Virus record (IMG/VR): IMGVR_UViG_3300046060_000019
Coordinates: 1-47,161 of that record
DNA from: a virus
Length of the DNA: 47,161 nucleotides
Reading direction: 5' to 3' (one strand)
Shown here: piece after piece, positions 40,965 to 47,161 of the stretch
Numbering within the stretch: the stretch's first letter is position 1
Layout of the letters: every line of letters begins with the position of its first letter
The notes under the pieces: generated by a model
The model's database searches: none
Seen by the model: the letters and a program-made list of their open reading frames with translations, nothing else
What the model was told of the DNA's origin: nothing
Translations under genes and position numbers: made by a program

Positions 40965-43900
40965 TTACTGTCCGTATTTAGTCGTCACACCGCCACCCTC
41001 GTACTCGTTTCCGCTTCGGTCATACTTCCCACCGAATATCAGCCATCCAGTGTTAATGTTTTGGTCCGAGTCGCCACCGCCACCCCCAGCCACAAGGTCA
41101 GCGGAATTGAACAGCGGACTTGTCGTCGCGTCGCCCGTGGACATTCTAATGTCCAGCGCGAACCGGGCCGAAGATTGTGATAACCCAGTGACGTTGTAAG
41201 GGCCGCCGGACCCGTCCAGTGTGATAGGGTCGCTCGTTTCGTCCACTGTCCCGTCGCCGTTTACGTCCGACTGGACGCTGACGGTGATTGTCTCGCCGTT
41301 AGGCTGGGCAACCGTATTTTTCAGCGACAGGGACGACGGGTCCCGGTCAGAACTGAAGGACTTCCAGTCTGTCGTCAGGTCACCGTCAGTCACGTAAAGC
41401 AACTGGTTGGCCGGGTCCGTCACGGCGATACTGTCACCTTGCCACGCTCGGAATTCGGTTATTTTACCCTTGAAGGGAACATCCCCCTTTGGGTCGTCAA
41501 ACAGTCCAAACGGGTCGGAGCCGGTGTCGTGACCGTCTGATACTGACGCCGTGTATTTAGACCCGTTAATCCACGCGACGTACTGGTTGTTCACTTCCCA
41601 CCGCATGTATATATGGTGATACTGTCCAGTAGACAGCGGCGGCCCCATGTCGGCGTTGTTCCCAAAGGTAGCGAAATTGAATACACCGTTCTGGTTCCGA
41701 TTCACAAAACAGGTCCACATGCCGTTCTGTTCAAACACCTTTTGATTCGTGGAATCGTCTGTAAGGTAGAACCAGACTTCCGCTTCAATATAGGAATTCC
41801 CGGTGTTGAATATGGAGCCGTAATTCACCGTGGACCCGGTTGTCCCGTCGTTAGAGATTGATTCGGCGAATCGGGGTCCGGGGGCGGTTTCCCAAGATAG
41901 GTTAGACTCTTTCGTCCCATCGTTCCCATTACCTGAAACGTCGTACACTGTGGACCCAGAACCGGCATAAAACCGGGAAAACACCATGGGATTTTCTTGC
42001 GTGTTCTGTTGCCCCAGCCGGACGCTTGTTTCGTCGCGTTCTGGTTCGTGTTCGACCCCGGATTGGGATTGACTATTGTTCCAGTCCGCCGCTGTCCCCC
42101 ACTCGCTCGTTTCTTCGGTTCCGCCGCCTTTACTCGCGGTCCCGCCGTCATTCACACTGACTGATTCCGTCAGCGACGCTTGTCCAAATGCGGGAAGTAA
42201 GTCAGTGTCGTCTATGTCGGCTATTGAATCCTGAAGCGCGGCGAAGCCTTTCCAGTTCAGCGACCCGCCCGCGTCGGAGAGAGTCAGCGAACCAGCCGAG
42301 AATGTGGGAAAGTCCGGCGACCCCGCTTTCAGTTCCGGGGCGATTCTGAAGTCCGTGTGTCCTTGCGACCACGATAGACCGTACTCGGTCGCCCCGTCCA
42401 GCGGGACCTTGTACCGTTCTTCGTCGCTCGTGCCGGGGCTTCCGACAACGTCCAGCGTGATTGACCCACCGTTCAACGAATAGGTTAGGTTCGTCAGGTT
42501 AGGACTAACAGGCTCGTTGTACGTTCTGGACGCCGTGGTCAGGGACCCCGGAAGCGTAAGGGTAATATCTTCAAACCACATTTCCATGCTGGCGTCCCGC
42601 CACTGTTCGGCGTTCTGGTTTTCTATCCAGATTTGTTCCACGTCCTTGCCGTGTTTTAGGTCGCCGGACCCTGTGGCCGTTGACCCCGACTGAAGGTCTT
42701 CAAAGTCATACGAGTACGCTTCGGCGGCCCAGTCAAATATCAGTGTAAATCGGACCCAGCGGTTGTAACCGTCGGCGTTGTATATTTGACGGAACGAGGC
42801 GGCGTCGTCTATTTGCCACTCGGGGTTGTCGGTCCCCACGCCAATTTCCACGTTCCCGTCAGAATTCACCAGCCGGATTCCGCCGCCCGTCGAATTACTC
42901 GTTTCTTGCCAATAGAATTGAAACACCGCGGGTTCAGCGCCGCCGCTGAAGCCGGGCGGGGTCCGGGCCGCTTGATAGGCGTCAGTTAGTCCATTATCGG
43001 TGTATCCAGCCCACGACCCGTTGAACGTGCGGTCCTGAACCGCCTGAAAACTGTTGACGGTCCATTCCGCCACGTCGCCGTCTTCAAAGCCGTCGCTGAA
43101 CGGGTCCAGTTGGATTATGTCACTCGGGTGTTTTACCCGCGTTTCGGCCACGGCGTTATCCCAGTCTGACGCCGCCCCCCAGTCTCGCGTGGGGACGCTA
43201 CTGGTGTACCCGTCGTCTATATCTACCGCGTCGGCCAACGCCATGATACGAGCGAATTCAAAGGCGGTGTCGTCAATTACGAAGTCGTCAGAAAAGACAA
43301 GGTCGCTGTCTGACGTGTCCTTCTCGCCTATCAGTTTGTCTCGGTGGTCCGTGCTGTCGGTGATACTGTCGTCGTCGGTGACAAATTCCCATAGCGGGAT
43401 ACAGTCGGCCGGGAACCCCGACTGGTTTACCTTTACCGTCCCCTCGCCGTCGGCGTCGGTGTCCGTGACGAAGACGTAATTCGTGTCGTTAGCGGACAAG
43501 GTGACTGTTGTATCAGGGAAGGACACGTATTTGTCGTTCAACGACCCTGTCCCGGCGCTGATAGTGACGTTCAGCCCGCTGGTATCCTTTGACCCGGCGT
43601 CGTCGTCGCTGACGTATGTCCCGGTGTCTTTCACCCCGTGGTCTATGAAGGAACTGACTTCCCCAATCCCGCCTTCAGGGTCGGATACGATTAGCAAATC
43701 CAGCGAATACTGGAACAGTCCCTTCAGATAGTCCGGGGCGTTCTCGTTGTTCCGAACGGACAAGTCGGCTATTAGCGCCCACCCGTTCTGGAATTCGGCG
43801 TCCAGATACGACAGTTCGTTAGACCGGGCCTTGTCCCATAGCGCCGTCTGACCCGCGCCGTCAGTGTTTCCGTCTATGGTGACCTTTGTCACCAGCCCGG

Positions 43901-44420
43901 CGTTGTCCACGGACTGACTGATACCCTGAAGACGGTCCACAGTGTTCGTCTGTCGCTCGTAATTTTCTTCGACCGATTCCGGGTCATATCCGAAGTCAAA
44001 TCCGCCGAGTTTGAACGTGTTCCCGGTCGTCGGCGTCGCGTGGGGCGGGTACGCCGTGTCGTTGGTATAGACGCGGTTCACAGTAAGTATGAACCGATAG
44101 TAGCCCAGTTCGTCAGCCTGACGGAACGGGTCGTCTTCTATGATACAGTCGCCGCTAAAGAACGGGTCAAAGTCCACATGGACTTCCCCGCCCTGAATCG
44201 CTATTTCCTGAAGGTCTTCCAGTTCTTGAAGGTCGTTTTGCTCGTTCAGGGACAACTGCCCTTCAACTTCAAACTGAAGTTCTTGTTGGCCGGATTGATA
44301 GAACTGGGCCAACCCCTTCTGGTAGTGGGGAACAGGCGTATTCCCCAGTGTTAGATGTTTCCGGTACTTCTCGGGTGGGTTGTCAAACTCGTATCCACCG
44401 ATAGTCAGACTGTATGCCAT
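40965..44420 (-). CDS. Distal tail protein (Dit-like N-terminus) extended by a LamG/concanavalin-like domain (1151 aa)
   Basis: It sits directly after the tape measure gene. The C-terminal region VYDVSGNGNDGT...ITEFRAWQG is typical of Laminin_G_3-type lectin folds. Confidence 0.55.
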   Translation of the reverse strand: MAYSLTIGGYEFDNPPEKYRKHLTLGNTPVPHYQKGLAQFYQSGQQELQFEVEGQLSLNEQNDLQELEDLQEIAIQGGEVHVDFDPFFSGDCIIEDDPFRQADELGYYRFILTVNRVYTNDTAYPPHATPTTGNTFKLGGFDFGYDPESVEENYERQTNTVDRLQGISQSVDNAGLVTKVTIDGNTDGAGQTALWDKARSNELSYLDAEFQNGWALIADLSVRNNENAPDYLKGLFQYSLDLLIVSDPEGGIGEVSSFIDHGVKDTGTYVSDDDAGSKDTSGLNVTISAGTGSLNDKYVSFPDTTVTLSANDTNYVFVTDTDADGEGTVKVNQSGFPADCIPLWEFVTDDDSITDSTDHRDKLIGEKDTSDSDLVFSDDFVIDDTAFEFARIMALADAVDIDDGYTSSVPTRDWGAASDWDNAVAETRVKHPSDIIQLDPFSDGFEDGDVAEWTVNSFQAVQDRTFNGSWAGYTDNGLTDAYQAARTPPGFSGGAEPAVFQFYWQETSNSTGGGIRLVNSDGNVEIGVGTDNPEWQIDDAASFRQIYNADGYNRWVRFTLIFDWAAEAYSYDFEDLQSGSTATGSGDLKHGKDVEQIWIENQNAEQWRDASMEMWFEDITLTLPGSLTTASRTYNEPVSPNLTNLTYSLNGGSITLDVVGSPGTSDEERYKVPLDGATEYGLSWSQGHTDFRIAPELKAGSPDFPTFSAGSLTLSDAGGSLNWKGFAALQDSIADIDDTDLLPAFGQASLTESVSVNDGGTASKGGGTEETSEWGTAADWNNSQSQSGVEHEPERDETSVRLGQQNTQENPMVFSRFYAGSGSTVYDVSGNGNDGTKESNLSWETAPGPRFAESISNDGTTGSTVNYGSIFNTGNSYIEAEVWFYLTDDSTNQKVFEQNGMWTCFVNRNQNGVFNFATFGNNADMGPPLSTGQYHHIYMRWEVNNQYVAWINGSKYTASVSDGHDTGSDPFGLFDDPKGDVPFKGKITEFRAWQGDSIAVTDPANQLLYVTDGDLTTDWKSFSSDRDPSSLSLKNTVAQPNGETITVSVQSDVNGDGTVDETSDPITLDGSGGPYNVTGLSQSSARFALDIRMSTGDATTSPLFNSADLVAGGGGGDSDQNINTGWLIFGGKYDRSGNEYEGGGVTTKYGQ

Positions 44421-44423
44421 GGA

Positions 44424-46736
44424 TTACCTGTTTGAGCCGTACTGTTGTCTCGTTTCTCGTTGTAGCTGTTCCGCCGCCCGTCGGGACCACTGATACGGGT
44501 TGTTCTGAACGTCCCCGCTTGCGTCAACGGATACATTCACGCCGCCCTGAATCACTTGTTGGGACTGTTCCTGACGCCGCTGTTGGATAGCGGCGGTGTC
44601 GGTGGACCGCGTTTCCGCCTGAACAGCGTTATTATCCAGCGAAACCGTGTCCAGTGTCCCCACGTCCGGGGCGTCCACGCCGGGTATTTCGCTGACGGAA
44701 TCGGCCACGTCGTCCAGCGTGGACAGAAACTCGTTCAGGGCCGTGACCACCGAGTTAATCAGTCCTTCGACGGCGCTGGAAGCGATACTGGAAATGGCGT
44801 TGAAGACGCTGACAAACGTGTTGTAAACGGCGTTCAGTTTGGATTCCACCAGCGCCAACAGCCACGTCAGCCCCCGGATAGCGGCGTTTGGGACTGTCTC
44901 GGTGAAGAACGTCACCAACTGGGCAGACAGGAAAGACAACCCGGACATGACGAACGCGGGAATATCGTTCGTGAAGAACTTCAGGAACGCCGCGCCGAGA
45001 CTTTCCAGCCCCGACACGACAGCCCCCCACGTATTTCCAAAGGCGTCCGCGAATACCCCCATGACTTCCATGAAAGCGTCCGCCGCGCCCTGAAGGTCAC
45101 CTTTTACCAGTTCACCGATAGCGGCCCCAACTCCGGCGATTAGCGGGAACAGCCCCAGCGTCAGGACCGAGATTAAGGTTAACAAGTGACTTGTCAGTTC
45201 CGACCCCAGCATATCCCCGAGTGCGGCCCCAGCGTCACCGACAGCGCCCATGATGCCTGTTATCTGTAACAACCGGACCACGACGCCGCCGATAGCGGCT
45301 CCAAGTGCAACCGCCCCGGCCACAACCGCCGCCGTGGACCCGGCGAGCGTGGACAGCGCCCCAGACAGCCACGTCGTCGCGTTCGCCAACGCCCCAGTGA
45401 CGGTGGACGCTGAGGTGAAATGCGTGATTAGTGACGACAAATTCGCCAATATTCCGCTTCCAGTCAAGAACATCAAGATACTGGACAGGGCGGACGCCAA
45501 CTTCACCAAGACAGGCGCGAGAACCAAACCCGCGACTGTGATTCCCTGAAGGGTCCCCGGCATGTCGTTTACCGTTTCCATGAACCCCGTAGCCGCTCGT
45601 ATCAGCGCCGTCAGTGCGGGAAGGACCACCTTCGCCGCGGTGGTCCCGAATTCCAACAGCACTGGGGCCATATCAATCAGGGCGTCCAGTAGGTTCCTGA
45701 ATTCAGGTTCTAACTCGGTGACGGACTGGAATATGGCGTCCATGGCCCCCGGTCCTTCCGACATTAGGAACCCGAAGAATTCCCGCGCCAACGGTAGGGC
45801 GTTGCGGGCTAAGTCGAACATGAATCCTGTTAATGCCGGTAGGACTTCCATCATAGCGGCCCCGAATTCACGGAGGGCGTCGCGGAACTGCTCGGTCCCC
45901 CCGACGGCGTCTATCATACGCCGAACGAGCGTCGGAATGGCGTTCAGCGCGTCTTCAATTAGCGGGATGAACTGTTCCCCAAACTGACTGATAATCGGGA
46001 CAAGCTCGTCCTTTAGGTCGGACACCGCGTTCTTCAGCGCCCCGCCCGCCGTCGTCGCTTCTTCCAGTCGCTTCTTTTTCTTCCGAAGTTGGTCCAGCCG
46101 GGCCTGTTCCTGTTTATTCAAGGAGCCTGTTTGTTCTTTCAGGCTTTCGTACTGGGCTATCAGCCGTTCCGTCTGGGCCAATTCTTCTTTGTTCTGTTTG
46201 GCCTTTTTCTGACCGAACGCGAGGACACCTGACCCAACGATAGCCCCGAACGCGCCCGCAAGTGCGGCGGCCCCGGCGGTCAGGGCGACCAACAGCGCCG
46301 ATAACGGGGCCAATACCGTAAGCAACGTCAGTATCGCCGGTATTAGCGACAGTTGTGTGGTGACAGACCACTGGCGGAACGAGAGGTTCGCGCCGCTTGC
46401 CGACGCCGCCAACGCGGTCAGCGCCCCGGAAGCGATACTGGACTGGGTCGTCGTTTCACCAAGTTCGTCATTGAATTGGTCCATGGCTGTCTGGGCGTAC
46501 AATCCCGTCCGAGCCACGTCGCCCACGTCGTCTTCCAGTTCGTCCAGTGCGGACTGAAGAATCATGGACTGGGTGGTAGCTTCCCCGAATTCGTCCGATA
46601 GTTGGTCCAACGCCGTCTGACCTATCGCCGCGTCGTCGGACAGCCCAGTAATTTCGTCGCCGACTTCGTCAATAGACTGTTCCGCCGATTCAGTCAGCGC
46701 GTTGATTATGACCCGGACGGTCGCTGATTCAGCCAT
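44424..46736 (-). CDS. Tape measure protein
   Basis: 770 aa, Ala/Leu/Gly-rich, with long helical and hydrophobic stretches. It follows the chaperone pair and precedes Dit. Confidence 0.8.
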   Translation of the reverse strand: MAESATVRVIINALTESAEQSIDEVGDEITGLSDDAAIGQTALDQLSDEFGEATTQSMILQSALDELEDDVGDVARTGLYAQTAMDQFNDELGETTTQSSIASGALTALAASASGANLSFRQWSVTTQLSLIPAILTLLTVLAPLSALLVALTAGAAALAGAFGAIVGSGVLAFGQKKAKQNKEELAQTERLIAQYESLKEQTGSLNKQEQARLDQLRKKKKRLEEATTAGGALKNAVSDLKDELVPIISQFGEQFIPLIEDALNAIPTLVRRMIDAVGGTEQFRDALREFGAAMMEVLPALTGFMFDLARNALPLAREFFGFLMSEGPGAMDAIFQSVTELEPEFRNLLDALIDMAPVLLEFGTTAAKVVLPALTALIRAATGFMETVNDMPGTLQGITVAGLVLAPVLVKLASALSSILMFLTGSGILANLSSLITHFTSASTVTGALANATTWLSGALSTLAGSTAAVVAGAVALGAAIGGVVVRLLQITGIMGAVGDAGAALGDMLGSELTSHLLTLISVLTLGLFPLIAGVGAAIGELVKGDLQGAADAFMEVMGVFADAFGNTWGAVVSGLESLGAAFLKFFTNDIPAFVMSGLSFLSAQLVTFFTETVPNAAIRGLTWLLALVESKLNAVYNTFVSVFNAISSIASSAVEGLINSVVTALNEFLSTLDDVADSVSEIPGVDAPDVGTLDTVSLDNNAVQAETRSTDTAAIQQRRQEQSQQVIQGGVNVSVDASGDVQNNPYQWSRRAAEQLQRETRQQYGSNR

Positions 46737-46737
46737 G

Positions 46738-47106
46738 TTAGTTGTTCAGTTCAGTGTCCGCCTGTTCCCGCTTGTCCCGTAGTTCGCCCAGTCGTTCCAG
46801 TTGACCTTCCGGCGACGGCGTCTGTTGGCCCGCCTGTTCCATGGATTCCCGAAGTTTTGCCCGGCTTTCCTGACTATCGTGAAGGTTGTCCTTTTGCTGG
46901 GGCGACGCCGCCCCCGCCGTCGTCGCGCCCTGTTCGGCCTGTTCTTTTTGCTCGTTCTGGAATTTGACCGTCGCTTGTCGGACCGCCGCGTCGGTCCAGA
47001 ACGCTTCCAGCGCCGTCTGGTGTTGTAACCCCAGTATTTCATGTGGACGCTCGCCGTATTTCTCGCCTATCAGCCCGGCCTGAATCGCTATCGGGTTGTC
47101 AACGAA
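46738..47106 (-). CDS. Start-less ORF in the +1 frame of the chaperone gene (candidate frameshift extension, 122 codons)
   Basis: Reads FVDNPIAIQAGLIGEKYGERPHEILGLQ...DKREQADTELNN* with no ATG, GTG or TTG near the 5' end. It overlaps the chaperone stop (47099..47101) and ends 1 nt before the tape measure ATG. Confidence 0.5.
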   Translation of the reverse strand, partial: FVDNPIAIQAGLIGEKYGERPHEILGLQHQTALEAFWTDAAVRQATVKFQNEQKEQAEQGATTAGAASPQQKDNLHDSQESRAKLRESMEQAGQQTPSPEGQLERLGELRDKREQADTELNN

Positions 47107-47161
47107 ACTGTTCTAACTGTTCTTCCGGGTCGTCTTCGTCACCCCCCACCAGCATACCCTT
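47099..47161 (-). CDS. C-terminal end of the chaperone ORF begun at 448 (continuation across the circular junction)
   Basis: Reads ...KGMLVGGDEDDPEEQLEQFR*. Positions 47107..47161 duplicate 1..55. Confidence 0.6.
   Translation of the reverse strand, partial: KGMLVGGDEDDPEEQLEQFR
47107..47161. repeat. Terminal direct repeat copy 2 (identical to 1..55)
   Basis: Exact 55-nt identity with the window start. Confidence 0.9.

Noticed and set aside
46746-47042. Minus-strand 98-aa ORF rich in Arg/Lys/Asn (MKYWGYNTRRRWKRSG...) upstream of the tape measure gene.
   Set aside because: It is in the wrong frame. The same DNA encodes a start-less but halophile-like ORF (FVDNPIAIQAG...) that fits a chaperone frameshift product. 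The Arg-rich frame is a compositional artefact.

Overview
The window looks like a complete, circularly closed genome of about 47.1 kb from a tailed, siphovirus-like virus of a halophilic archaeon. The first 55 nt are identical to the last 55 nt, and an ORF reads in frame across that junction. The DNA is GC-rich, the predicted proteins are strongly acidic, and every credible gene lies on the minus strand, tightly packed and often joined by a TGACCATG-type junction.

Gene order going down the minus strand:
- terS-like gene (20822)
- RHH and Zn-ribbon genes
- large terminase (18893)
- portal
- 1108-aa HExxH giant protein
- MuF-like protein
- protease/scaffold
- decoration-like protein
- major capsid protein (7445)
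- connector genes
- major tail protein (3013)
- across the junction: tail chaperone, then tape measure (46736)
- Dit/LamG, adhesin and fibre genes (down to 36374)
- an ~840-nt non-coding region
- about 45 small early or replication genes, including a PCNA, a PadR-like regulator and many tiny Zn-ribbon proteins
- an ~870-nt non-coding region ending at 20869

I saw no integrase, DNA polymerase, helicase or primase.

Features that the coding map does not explain:
1. A 13-mer, TTCCAGCGTCACG, occurs nine times at a fixed distance from start codons.
2. A second conserved leader or hairpin family is present.
3. Two candidate programmed frameshifts: -1 at GGGAAAC after the capsid gene, and +1 in the tail chaperone.
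4. Three oversized tRNA-like RNAs of 116, 164 and 174 nt, each with a perfect acceptor stem and T-arm.
5. Two large hairpin-rich non-coding regions, one with an ORB-like box.
6. A block of four consecutive perfect hairpins with CCGAAGGGG iterons.

All functional calls come from motifs read by eye, gene order and composition. No database search was run.
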